Positions 1 through 10,100 of a stretch of 64,000 nucleotides of DNA are shown here, one piece after another. Positions within the stretch are counted from its first letter, which is position 1, and each line of letters starts with the position of its first letter. The stretch is from a virus. The DNA lies in IMG/VR virus record IMGVR_UViG_3300010354_000062, positions 1 through 64,000 of that record; one strand, 5' to 3'. Below the pieces are notes generated by a model that had not been told where the DNA came from, ran no database searches, and worked only from the letters and a program-made list of their open reading frames with translations. Position numbers and translations under genes: made by a program.

Positions 1-5
1 TTAAT

Positions 6-1175
6 ATGTCACAATTACTAGAGTCACGCTGGTCGGAAACCAAAGAGGCCCTGTTAGAAGGTCTACAAGGTAACAAGCGTTCAGTAATGGCAGCTACTCT
101 TGAGAATACCCGCAAGTATCTCGCAGAAAGTGCCACAGCTGGTGCTACTTCCGCTGGCAACGTTGCAACCCTAAATCGTGTGATCCTTCCAGTGATCAGA
201 CGTGTAATGCCAACCGTTATTGCAAACGAGTTAGTTGGCGTACAACCAATGACTGGACCAGTTGGTCAGATCCACACTCTACGTGTTCGTTATGCTGATA
301 CATTCAGCGGCAGCACAGGTGGTTCAACCACAGCTGGTGAAGAGGCACTAAGCCCATTCAAGATTGCTGAAGGCTATTCTGGTGTATCGCCAGGTAAGGC
401 CGCTGCTACAGCCGCACTAGAAGGTGTTGCTGGAAACAGACTAAACATTCAGATCTTGAAACAAACTGTTGAAGCTAAGACACGTAAGCTATCAGCACGT
501 TGGACATTCGAAGCTGCACAAGATGCACAAGCCCAACAAGGTATTGACATCGAAGCAGAGATTATGGCTGCTCTTGCACAAGAGATCACAGCTGAAATCG
601 ACCAAGAAGTTCTACGTAGCCTTGGCGCACTAGCAACAACAGCACAGACCTACGACCAAGCAGCAGTATCTGGTACAGCAACATTCGTCGGCGACGAACA
701 CGCTGCACTAGCTGTTATGATCAACCGTGCTAGCAACTTGATTGCTCAGCGCACACGTCGTGGTGCTGGTAACTGGGCAGTTGTAAGCCCAACAACATTG
801 ACACTTCTACAAAGTGCTACAACTTCTGCTTTCGCAAGAACTACAGAAGGTACATTTGAAGCTCCAACAAACACCAAGTTCGTTGGTACTTTGAATAGCG
901 CAATGAAAGTATATGTAAACACATATGCTGGTGATGACGATGTGTTGATTGGTTACAAAGGCTCAAGCGAGTCTGACGCAGCAGCATTCTATTGCCCATA
1001 CATTCCATTGATGAGCAGTGGTGTTGTTCTAGACCCAAGCACATTTGAACCAGTAGTTAGCTTCATGACACGTTATGGTTATGTTGAACTAACAAATACT
1101 GCTTCATCGCTTGGTAATGCTCAGGACTACCTAGCAAAAGTTGCAGTAACATCTGGTAACTTGAAGTTTGCCTAA
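6..1175 (+). CDS. gp23: Major capsid protein (T4 gp23-like)
   Basis: Motifs VGVQPMTGPVGQI, KTRKLSARWTFEAAQD, EIDQE, FYCPYIPL and MTRYG are typical of T4-superfamily MCPs; LAE|S near residue 41 is a plausible prohead-protease site. Confidence 0.96.
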   Translation: MSQLLESRWSETKEALLEGLQGNKRSVMAATLENTRKYLAESATAGATSAGNVATLNRVILPVIRRVMPTVIANELVGVQPMTGPVGQIHTLRVRYADTFSGSTGGSTTAGEEALSPFKIAEGYSGVSPGKAAATAALEGVAGNRLNIQILKQTVEAKTRKLSARWTFEAAQDAQAQQGIDIEAEIMAALAQEITAEIDQEVLRSLGALATTAQTYDQAAVSGTATFVGDEHAALAVMINRASNLIAQRTRRGAGNWAVVSPTTLTLLQSATTSAFARTTEGTFEAPTNTKFVGTLNSAMKVYVNTYAGDDDVLIGYKGSSESDAAAFYCPYIPLMSSGVVLDPSTFEPVVSFMTRYGYVELTNTASSLGNAQDYLAKVAVTSGNLKFA

Positions 1176-1201
1176 TCGCAAATTTCTTTTTGCAAAAAAT
1201 C

Positions 1202-1225
1202 AAAAAGGCTCTTCGGAGCCTTTTT
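1202..1225 (+). terminator. Rho-independent terminator after MCP (cUUCGg loop)
   Basis: aaaaaggctc-ttcg-gagccttttt hairpin with U-tract. Confidence 0.9.
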
Positions 1226-1227
1226 GT

Positions 1228-1255
1228 TTGACTTAAATATTTTTAAGTGTATATT
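1228..1255 (+). promoter_or_regulatory. Sigma70-like promoter
   Basis: TTGACT-N16-TATATT; ATG at 1263 lies 7 nt downstream of the -10 box. Confidence 0.5.
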
Positions 1256-1262
1256 AGAATGT

Positions 1263-1514
1263 ATGGACATTACAGAAATACGCAAAAAATGTCAGGCATG
1301 GCGTAAGCGCCATAGTATGTTTTCACATGATATTAGAAGAATTGAAAATTCTATAGAAAAACATATTACCAATTATAGCAATTTTATGGTCATGCATCGA
1401 CAAACACATAGACAATCCTACTTAGATCGTGCAGAACAAGAAATTGAAGCAATTAAAAAATTAATCGAACTTGTAGAAAAAATAGAGTTAATGTCCTTAC
1501 TCAGCCGGAGATAA
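1263..1514 (+). CDS. Hypothetical helical protein
   Basis: ORF track 1224..1514; ATG at 1263 preferred because the TTG start lies inside the terminator/promoter. Confidence 0.6.
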   Translation: MDITEIRKKCQAWRKRHSMFSHDIRRIENSIEKHITNYSNFMVMHRQTHRQSYLDRAEQEIEAIKKLIELVEKIELMSLLSRR

Positions 1515-1599
1515 ATAAGTTACTAAGGCGTACTGAAAACAGTAACTTATGCTGTAACCCACAGCGTAGACCTAGAACGTCAACATAAGGAGAAAACAA
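1512..1599 (+). promoter_or_regulatory. Late promoter TAAATA plus structured 5' leader with SD
   Basis: TAAATA 1512-1517; hairpins tactg/cagta and tatgctgt/acagcgta; SD aaggag 1587-1592. Confidence 0.6.
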
Positions 1600-1989
1600 A
1601 TGGGACGTCCATTAAGAAAAGATGTATTAGGAACAGACGTTATTGGCACCTTTGCCAGTAATACAGGTGTAAGAGTTGATTTCTATGATGGATCAACTTT
1701 GCAGACTGATGGTGTAATTATCAAACAACGTGGTGCAAAGACATTCGTAGTTTGCCGTGTTGGTGATATTGGTACTACTACAAGTTATGTAACAGCCGTA
1801 CTACAAAGTTCAGCACCAAATGCTGCCAATGAAATGAGTTTGGTAGGTTATATTAATGGTAACGGAAGTTCAGAAACATATCTAGCAAAAATTACTAAAC
1901 GTGTTGCTACTGATTTCAGCGGCAATCGTTACACATGGTTTTTGGTCAACGATTCCTCAAACGATTATATTCACCTAACAGCAATTTAA
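1600..1989 (+). CDS. Hypothetical virion protein (possible head decoration)
   Basis: Strong SD, late promoter, beta-rich composition, close to MCP. Confidence 0.6.
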   Translation: MGRPLRKDVLGTDVIGTFASNTGVRVDFYDGSTLQTDGVIIKQRGAKTFVVCRVGDIGTTTSYVTAVLQSSAPNAANEMSLVGYINGNGSSETYLAKITKRVATDFSGNRYTWFLVNDSSNDYIHLTAI

Positions 1990-1993
1990 TACC

Positions 1994-3133
1994 ATGGCAA
2001 ATAACGGTCGTACAGTAAAAGTAAGTGGTGATTATAGCCTTGTCACAGGTCAAGGCAACACCATCCTTTTAGATACAGGACCTAATATTGGAACCGTTCG
2101 TGTCACTGGAAATTTAATAGTTGAAGGTGACACACTCACTGTTGAGGCTCAAAATTTAAATGTTGAAGATAACATTATTATTTTAAACTACGGTGAACCA
2201 GGACCCGGGGTTACAGTTGGTGATGGATATTCTGGTATACAAATTGATAGAGGTGCTAACCCTGATTCTAGCACAGTACCACCTGCTACTTTACTTTGGG
2301 ACGAAAGTTCTGAAGCATGGCAACTATCTTTAGGCACACCAGAAACAGGATTTAATTGGTCAGCAAGTAAGTTAAGATTAAAAGAAATATTAACAGATTC
2401 AGATACCGATGACGGCGATCTTACCCTAATTGGTGCAGGTCTAGGTGTTGTTAAAGTAGTAGGTACTCTAAATTATGAAGCTAGAGTTACAGATGACGAT
2501 GACATTCCTAACAAGAAATACGTTGATGATGCTATTGAAAGTAATCCTACGTTTCAAATTGTAAAAGATGATACAAGAGTAATTGCTCTTGACGTGAATG
2601 ATCCGTTAGACGCTGCGGCATTTGTTCCTCCAATTGGACCATACAGTTCAATGCCTGGACAAAGTGAAGTAGCGATATTGGTGAACAGTCGTAGAATTGC
2701 AGCATTTAGGCAAAATTCTATAGAATTTACCGGACTAACATTTTTTACTGAAGATCCTGTTGTTAGCGACATTGGCGCATCCATGGGAGGAAATCCCAAT
2801 CCTTATACAGGTGCTCCTGGCTTTGAAAATCAAAGTGCTGTAGTAATCCAGGCTGATAATACGAATACAAATATTAGATTTGAAACCAACGGCACAGGGC
2901 GTGTAGTGATAACATATGCTCAGGCATTTGAACATCAAGATCCAGCAACACCGCCAGCAGTGGTAACAGGTGTAAGTCAAGTTTATGGTGCAACGCCTGG
3001 AGCAGGAACAACTGGATTACGATTTGTCAATACAAGAGCCAGTAAAGAGCTAGACGGAACAATTAACGCTAGTTTTACCAACGATGAATTAGTAAGCAAA
3101 AATAGAGCATTACTTTTTAGTATGCTCTTTTAA
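1994..3133 (+). CDS. Virion structural/fibre protein
   Basis: GNLIVEGD...VEDNIIILN...SGIQIDRG fibre-type motifs; hydrophobic C-terminal helix RALLFSMLF. Confidence 0.7.
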   Translation: MANNGRTVKVSGDYSLVTGQGNTILLDTGPNIGTVRVTGNLIVEGDTLTVEAQNLNVEDNIIILNYGEPGPGVTVGDGYSGIQIDRGANPDSSTVPPATLLWDESSEAWQLSLGTPETGFNWSASKLRLKEILTDSDTDDGDLTLIGAGLGVVKVVGTLNYEARVTDDDDIPNKKYVDDAIESNPTFQIVKDDTRVIALDVNDPLDAAAFVPPIGPYSSMPGQSEVAILVNSRRIAAFRQNSIEFTGLTFFTEDPVVSDIGASMGGNPNPYTGAPGFENQSAVVIQADNTNTNIRFETNGTGRVVITYAQAFEHQDPATPPAVVTGVSQVYGATPGAGTTGLRFVNTRASKELDGTINASFTNDELVSKNRALLFSMLF

Positions 3134-3142
3134 GGAAAGTAT

Positions 3143-3478
3143 ATGGCAATCACAAGCACACAATTAACGAGTACAGGAATAACAACAGTATACACTAGTT
3201 CTAGTAATAATGCCATTACTACTATGATTATTTGCAACACTGGTGCAGTTAACCTCACAGATGAAACTGTAAATGCCTGTAATCTAACACTACATTTGGT
3301 AGCAGCCAGTAGTTCTGCTACAGATGTGAATAAAGTTATCAGTAATTTAAATATTCCAGCTGGCGAAACAGTATTCTTCAGCGATGAAAGAATAGTTTTA
3401 GGCAACAACGATACTGTACAGGCACAGGCCAGCGTGGCTAATTTATTGAGTGTTACTATAAGCACATTACCAGTATGA
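3143..3478 (+). CDS. Small virion beta-sandwich protein (paralogue family A)
   Basis: VYT...ICN...IPAGET...ERIVL pattern shared with 6391..6723 and 20362..20682. Confidence 0.65.
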   Translation: MAITSTQLTSTGITTVYTSSSNNAITTMIICNTGAVNLTDETVNACNLTLHLVAASSSATDVNKVISNLNIPAGETVFFSDERIVLGNNDTVQAQASVANLLSVTISTLPV

Positions 3479-4074
3479 AATTTCTTAAAACACAAAACAC
3501 TAGTAGATTTCTTCTTAAGGATAATCAATTTAAAAGTAATCCTTATGGTAGATATACTATGGACGGCGTTGGCGGCTTAAGACTTCCTAAGGGAACAACA
3601 GCACAAAGACCTCAGTTATCTAGCGTTGAAATGCCTAACGGCGCCAACGGTATGATTCGTTATAATACCACAACAAATAATTTAGAATGTTTTATTGCTG
3701 GATATTGGGAAGTAGTAGCAGCACCTAGTGCTAGTGCTATCTTAAAAGAAACATACGGACCCGGTGACTATACTGAAGTTTATTTTGGCCCGTTGCCTGC
3801 GGCCTATGAACCAGAATTTTTACCGTCAGGTGGAGGCAGTTTAGATAACATTATCGTACTAGTTGAAAACGTTTGGCAACTTTCAACTACAAACTATACA
3901 TTAGTTCAAAATCCTGCAGGTACAAGCTCACCAACAGGATATCTTGGTGGTGTAGCTTATTCAAGTGTTGACGGCAGAACAAATCCTGCAAAATCAACTT
4001 GGTGGCTTACATTTAGTCCAGAACCACCACCACTAGGAAAATACGTAACTGTCTATTACGGTTACGCCAATTAA
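3475..4074 (+). CDS. Virion structural protein with LPxGTTAQRP...GMIRYNT module
   Basis: Module shared with five other fibre genes in this window; ATGA overlap with upstream gene. Confidence 0.65.
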   Translation: MKFLKTQNTSRFLLKDNQFKSNPYGRYTMDGVGGLRLPKGTTAQRPQLSSVEMPNGANGMIRYNTTTNNLECFIAGYWEVVAAPSASAILKETYGPGDYTEVYFGPLPAAYEPEFLPSGGGSLDNIIVLVENVWQLSTTNYTLVQNPAGTSSPTGYLGGVAYSSVDGRTNPAKSTWWLTFSPEPPPLGKYVTVYYGYAN

Positions 4075-4076
4075 TC

Positions 4077-5168
4077 ATGAGTCAACTGGGGCGAATTAGT
4101 GGTCCGTTACTAAATGATATTCTTAATAGAGATGGCGTAGATCTTTCTTTTGAAACTAACCTACTTTATATAGATGTTTCTAACGGACGAATTGGTATTA
4201 ATCAACCAGGAAATGTTCCTAGTCATGACTTAGATATTGATGGTTATACAAGAACACAAGAATTAGAAGTTACCAATCAAGCAACTATAGACAATGTAAG
4301 ATTTACAGCTCCAAATACTGTGACAACAGTAACAGGACCTTTATACATTACTCCGGCAGAAACTTCTAGTCCTTATATTCAATTGGAAAGAGTATTAACC
4401 GGACAATTAGAAATTAACGGCAATCAAATTAGAAATTATCAAACCAACGGCAGTATTGTTCTAAATCCCAATGCTGCCGCCGGTTTTGAAATTGAAGACA
4501 CTACTAATATCACAGGTAATTTAGCAGTTACTGGAAATATAGGAGTAAACGGGGATCTCAGCGCCGCAGATAATATTATTGTTGGCGATAACAAATTAGA
4601 TATCGTACAAATTGCACCAGACTTTACACAAGATATTATACCTGGTATAGATCTCGATTATGATTTAGGTGCAGATGCAGCTGATTCAAGTCCTAGAAGA
4701 TGGGCCGAACTCTACATACGCGATGACCTAACTCACACACAGCTAGTACTACCACTAAGAGTTAATGTTAGCGATCAAATAAAATTAGATGGTAACAACG
4801 GACAAATCTATGCTTTACAAAGCAACGACGATCTTATTATTAATCCTAATACTGGTATCACCTATATCGAGCGTACCAAGTGGGAAAATAATTACATAAC
4901 AAACTTAAATGACACGCCAATTGGTTTTGCCAGCACAGGCACAGGTTACTATAAATTTGCTACTACTAATGCTATGATAATTCCTGCAGGTCTAACGTCT
5001 GAACGTTACGGAAGCCCAGAAGTTGGTATGACTAGATGGAATACAGAACTTGAACTTTTAGAATGTTGGAATGGGTCAGCATGGATCACTTCCCTAGGCC
5101 CAGGTATTGTAGTAGATGTACCTTTCATGGAAGATTTAGGCAACGTTTACAGTCTCATCTTTGGGTAA
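4077..5168 (+). CDS. Tail fibre/baseplate-associated protein
   Basis: N-terminal LGRISGPLL, RIGIN fibre motif, GNLAVTGN repeats; paralogue of 5310..6383. Confidence 0.7.
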   Translation: MSQLGRISGPLLNDILNRDGVDLSFETNLLYIDVSNGRIGINQPGNVPSHDLDIDGYTRTQELEVTNQATIDNVRFTAPNTVTTVTGPLYITPAETSSPYIQLERVLTGQLEINGNQIRNYQTNGSIVLNPNAAAGFEIEDTTNITGNLAVTGNIGVNGDLSAADNIIVGDNKLDIVQIAPDFTQDIIPGIDLDYDLGADAADSSPRRWAELYIRDDLTHTQLVLPLRVNVSDQIKLDGNNGQIYALQSNDDLIINPNTGITYIERTKWENNYITNLNDTPIGFASTGTGYYKFATTNAMIIPAGLTSERYGSPEVGMTRWNTELELLECWNGSAWITSLGPGIVVDVPFMEDLGNVYSLIFG

Positions 5169-5182
5169 TATTTCAATCTGGA

Positions 5183-5309
5183 TAAATACTTTTGATTATA
5201 GAAAAAGACCAATTTTCTATATGACCAAACTGTGGTAAACCCGCAAAGAACCGTAAAAGCGGTTGAAAAAGTGGTTATCCGTGTAACGCGGTGTTAAAAG
5301 GAGATTGAA
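5183..5309 (+). promoter_or_regulatory. Late promoter TAAATA plus ~120-nt multi-stem 5' leader (candidate cis-regulatory RNA)
   Basis: TAAATA 5183-5188; five short helices; SD aggag 5299-5303; GTG start at 5310. Confidence 0.55.
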
Positions 5310-6383
5310 GTGCCCCAGGTTCTTGGTCGTATATCCGGGCCACTCTTAAAGGCAAATCTCGTTAGAGATAACGTGAATCTGTCTTTTAGAAATGGTATCG
5401 CGGATCCAGACATACTGTTTCTCGACGTTAATAACGATCGCATCGGTGTCAATACTTCAACTCCATTACACGACCTAGACGTTGCGGGTTATACTAGAAC
5501 TACAGATTTAGAAGTTACCAATCAATTTGATGTTGGTACAATTACTGTTACTGGCAACACAATCCGTAGCAGTCTTAACACAATAAATTTTGCCCCTAGC
5601 GGCGGCGAACTTACCATCTATCAAGCACGTTTCCAAGTTGATGACATACAAATTCAAGGAAACGTCATTTCAACCGAAGTTTCTAATTCTAATCTAGTAT
5701 TAAGAGCTAACGGTTCTGGTACTGTGGATTTAATTGGTAACACAGCCATTACAGGTAACTTGAATGTCAGCGGAAATATTTCTGCTACAGGTAACGTAAC
5801 TATTGGTGGTAATATTGTTATTGGCGACAGTCTAAGTGACAGCGTAACAATCAACGCCAGTATTCAAAGCGATCTAGTACCTCAAGCAGATAATACCTAT
5901 GATCTAGGTTCTTTTGCCTACCAGTGGAGAAACTTATACGCTGGTACAGTTCATACAAATGTTTTGAATCTAACATCTTTAGATGTTGGAACATTGAAGT
6001 TTTATAACAATGAAATTGGTAGTACAACTGGACAAGATATTATCATTGACGGTAATGGTGCAGGTGGCGTCAAACTAGCTAACTTTAGAATTGTTGACAA
6101 TGTAATCACAAATTTTGTTTCAAATGCAATTTCAGAAATTGTACAAAGCGGCACCGGTTACTTTAAGATTCAAGGAACTAACGGTTTTGTTCCGCCAGTA
6201 GGTTCAGACGTTCAACGTCCTACAGCATACGCTGTAGTGGGAATGATGAGGTACAACACAAGTTCTCAGGCTATTGAAGTATGGGACGGTACAGACTGGG
6301 CATCACCTGCTGGCGCTTCTGGTGCAGTATCAGAAAGCACAGCTAATGAAATCGCAGCAACTTACGCATTAATGTTAGGATAA
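5310..6383 (+). CDS. Tail fibre/baseplate-associated protein
   Basis: LGRISGPLL, RIGVNT, GNLNVSGN repeats; C-terminal GMMRYNT...EVWDG module; GTG start with SD. Confidence 0.7.
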   Translation: MPQVLGRISGPLLKANLVRDNVNLSFRNGIADPDILFLDVNNDRIGVNTSTPLHDLDVAGYTRTTDLEVTNQFDVGTITVTGNTIRSSLNTINFAPSGGELTIYQARFQVDDIQIQGNVISTEVSNSNLVLRANGSGTVDLIGNTAITGNLNVSGNISATGNVTIGGNIVIGDSLSDSVTINASIQSDLVPQADNTYDLGSFAYQWRNLYAGTVHTNVLNLTSLDVGTLKFYNNEIGSTTGQDIIIDGNGAGGVKLANFRIVDNVITNFVSNAISEIVQSGTGYFKIQGTNGFVPPVGSDVQRPTAYAVVGMMRYNTSSQAIEVWDGTDWASPAGASGAVSESTANEIAATYALMLG

Positions 6384-6390
6384 AAATAAA

Positions 6391-6723
6391 ATGCCAACAC
6401 TTTTTAGACATTCACTTGTTAACGATATAGGAACAGTACCTGTTGATGTGGTAAGTATTGACACAGGTATTAGAGCAACTGTAATTGGTTGTAATCTTTC
6501 AAATGTGACAGCATACGACACTATTGTTGTAGATGTAGATGTAGTTGGATCAGATACAACTGTGGTAAAGTATATTAAGTCGTTGGCGATTCCTCCAAAT
6601 ACATCAGTAAAATTAATCACACAAGGTGAAAAATTAATTTTACCAGAAAATACTTCATTAAGAATTACCAGTGATACTACAGATAGTGTAGATGCTACGG
6701 TAAGTTTTGTAGAGATATCATAA
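6391..6723 (+). CDS. Small virion beta-sandwich protein (paralogue family A)
   Basis: IGCNLSN...IPPNTS...EKLIL pattern. Confidence 0.65.
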   Translation: MPTLFRHSLVNDIGTVPVDVVSIDTGIRATVIGCNLSNVTAYDTIVVDVDVVGSDTTVVKYIKSLAIPPNTSVKLITQGEKLILPENTSLRITSDTTDSVDATVSFVEIS

Positions 6724-6733
6724 GGAAACTACT

Positions 6734-7099
6734 ATGGCAAATGCATATTATTTAGGTCGTACACCAGAAGAAGTACTAGGCAATAGTCCTCGTTATTGGT
6801 ATGCTCTACGTAGAAATCAAGATGGTGAACTATATCTAGTTAGAAGCGATCAGGTTTTAGATACAGATTCATACGAATTAAATATACCAGGACCACCAGA
6901 AGAAGATTTTGACAGTTTTATCGTTGGCACTGATTATCTTGATGGTATTGGTGTTGATCACGAAAAACCCAAAGAAAATATGTATTATCCTCAATATAGA
7001 TGGGACAGCAGATCCCTGTTTTATTATGTTGATGACGAAGGAATGTTTACAGTGAGAATTAATAGAGGATATTCATATCCTAATGGAATATCTTCATAA
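6734..7099 (+). CDS. Hypothetical virion protein
   Basis: SD aagga; lies inside the structural operon. Confidence 0.6.
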   Translation: MANAYYLGRTPEEVLGNSPRYWYALRRNQDGELYLVRSDQVLDTDSYELNIPGPPEEDFDSFIVGTDYLDGIGVDHEKPKENMYYPQYRWDSRSLFYYVDDEGMFTVRINRGYSYPNGISS

Positions 7100-7112
7100 T
7101 TAGGAATTTAAA

Positions 7113-10100
7113 ATGGCAGAATTTAAGATCACACGATTTAGGTATACCTGGAAAGGAGATTGGACAACCACCACTGCATACAATAAAGATGATGTAGTCT
7201 ACTACAGTGGTTCATCTTATGTTTGTATTAGACAACATACATCATCTTCTTTTAACACAGAGCAATCATACCTGCCTCCGGGAGAAACATTAGTTTCGCC
7301 TGCTTGGGTAAAGTCAGTTGACGGCAGACAGTTCAACGGTGAATGGTCTTCAAGCACACAATATTTTTTAGGCGACCTAGTTTTATCAGGCGGCAATGTT
7401 TATCTATGTGTTGGCGGACATACAAGTCAAAATGATTTTAACGATGACATTGTGTATTGGGAAGTTTATGCAGTAGGCAGTAATTGGCGCAATAATTGGT
7501 CACAGAATTCAATTTATAGAGTAGGAGATGTTGTTAGATACAGCGGATATACGTATCAATGTATTCTAGGACATACTGCTGGAACAATTAATGAAGGTAT
7601 TATTTCTGGAAACAACGACGATTCTACAGATAGTACTTTTGAAACTTGGAAAGTTGCGGTTGAAAATCTATCCTATGTTGGAAGTTACCAAACAAATATT
7701 AGGTATAGAGAAAATGATCTAGTCAAGTATGGCGGATCTATTTTAAAATGCATAGTAGAACATACGTCATCGGGTACTCCCGGCGATTTAACTTCTGCTA
7801 ATTTTGAAACTTATCTTTCAGGATTTAACTATCATTCAAACTGGTCATCATCTGAATATTACGCCACAGGAGATGTTGTACAACACGGTGGTGTAATATA
7901 TGTGGCAGCAGAAAATAATACCAATATTGTGCCAGGGCCAGACCAAAGCGGCGACCAAAATACACAATGGTTGGTAATCCAAGATGGCATTTCTTTTAAA
8001 GGACTGTACGATTCACAATCTCCTGGGGGTTATAACAGAGGCGATGTTGTAAGAAAAGGTGGAAGCCTTTGGGTAAGCCTAGTTAATCAATCTCAACAGG
8101 CAGATAGTACTCTTGTTTCAGAAGACACTTCAAATTGGAAATATGTTTTACAAACAAGTAACTTTGCAGGCACATGGCATGCTAATGAAGTATATCAATT
8201 GTATGAAGCTGTGTACTACAGGGGTCTATTATACTATGCAAACACACCGCATGTAAGTAGTCTAGAAAACTTCCCAGGTGACAACGGTAATGCATTTAGT
8301 TATTGGTCCGTCCTAATTGATAGCGGTACTACAGCAGCATTGTCTAACGTTGGCGATCTGCTTACACAAAATTTTTATAGAGAAACATTACAAGACGGCA
8401 GTACTGTTCTAACACTTGGCGATACTAGTACAATAGGTCCAACAGCTATCCCAATTGGAGATGCTGATCAACTTTTAATGGTTTCAAATGATCAAGGCGA
8501 TATTGGTTACGAAACATATGGAACATTGCAAAGAGTAGCATGGGTAAGAACAGACGGTGTTGATGAAGATACAGATCCAGATCGAGGATTTAATTATTTT
8601 AAACCATGGAGAACATTACGCTACGCTCTTGAACAACTAGACGACGGATATTCTGGTTATACCAGCGTTAAGCTAGGCACAGGAGAATATGAAGAAGTAT
8701 TACCATTAATTGTACCTAAACGAACCGCAATTATTGGAGATGAACTTCGTTCAACAACAGTAAAGGCAAGTCATCCTATATCAGCTTTGGCTAATGACGC
8801 TGCTTATACTTTAGAAACATTAATCCATATTGGTGCAAGATTAGGTAATTTGTTATCAAATAATTTTATAGTTCCTACTACAGGAAATACGGAAGACCAG
8901 TATATTGGCGGACCAATTGATGCTCCTACGATTGTAGCTGTGAACACCTTGTGGGCAGATATTATTAATATTATTGATTATAGAGTAAATGGTTTAGGTA
9001 GTGAGCCAAGTGTAACCGGATCAAATACACAGACAACTGATTTCAATAGATTAGGCGCAAGAATTACACTTGAAGAAAATCGTTTATGGATTAAGGCAGA
9101 AGCTATTGCCTATATGGCAGTTAATAATCCAGAATATACATTTGATACAGCTAGATGTGAAAGAGACCTTGATAGATATATTGATGCCCTTAAGTATGAT
9201 TTATTGTATCCTGGAAATTACAAGAGCGTGTTAGCTGGTCGTTATTATGCCAACGCAGTTACAGGTAGCCAGCTTGAAGATATGTTCTATGTAAGAGATA
9301 CAACTGGTATCCGTAATATGACCTTAAAAGGTTTGAACGGTACACTCCCAGAAATTCAAGAAGGCGAAATTTATAGAATACCAACAGGCGGGGCGTTTGT
9401 AAGTTTAGATCCGGGTTGGGGACCAAATGATGAAAGAGTATGGATCATCAATCGTTCGTGCTACATTCAAAACGTTACTACATTTGGTGTAGGCGCCATC
9501 GGACAGAAGATTGACGGTTTACTACATAATGGTGGAAATAGATCCATAGTATCAAACGACTTTACACAGGTAATTTCAGACGGAATTGGTGCGTGGGTAC
9601 AAAATGGTGGTCGTGCAGAACTTGTTTCTGTGTTTACTTACTATGCACACATTGGTATGTTTGCCAAAGATGGTGGTATTATTCGTGCTACAAACGGAAA
9701 CAGCTCATACGGTGATTTTGGTGCTGTAGCAGACGGCATTGATCCTGCTGAAACTGTGAGATACGGGAACGTAAACACTAGATCAGAACAGGCAGTAATA
9801 GCGTCTGCATTTGCAGGTGAAATTTTAGACTTTATTTTAGCATTAGAATATTCAAATGCCGGACAGAATTATACCGAAGCAAGCTACACAATCACAAGTT
9901 CTGGTGTTGGAGCAACATCAAAGCAAGAAGAGTTTAGAGATAATGCCATGTTCACCGTGCAAATCTTATCCAGCGGATCAGGATTTACCCAGTACGGAAA
10001 TCAGGCACAGACTGGTAATGCTACACAAATTACTCTTGCTACAGCAGAAACAGCTACAGAAGCAAATATTCTTGGCATGAGAGTTATTATTATCTCAGGT

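Noticed and set aside
5221-5295. c-di-GMP-I riboswitch or hammerhead ribozyme
   Set aside because: GGTAAAC and CGCAAAG are reminiscent, but the GNRA/receptor architecture and the CUGANGA/GAAA core are absent; kept only as an unassigned structured leader
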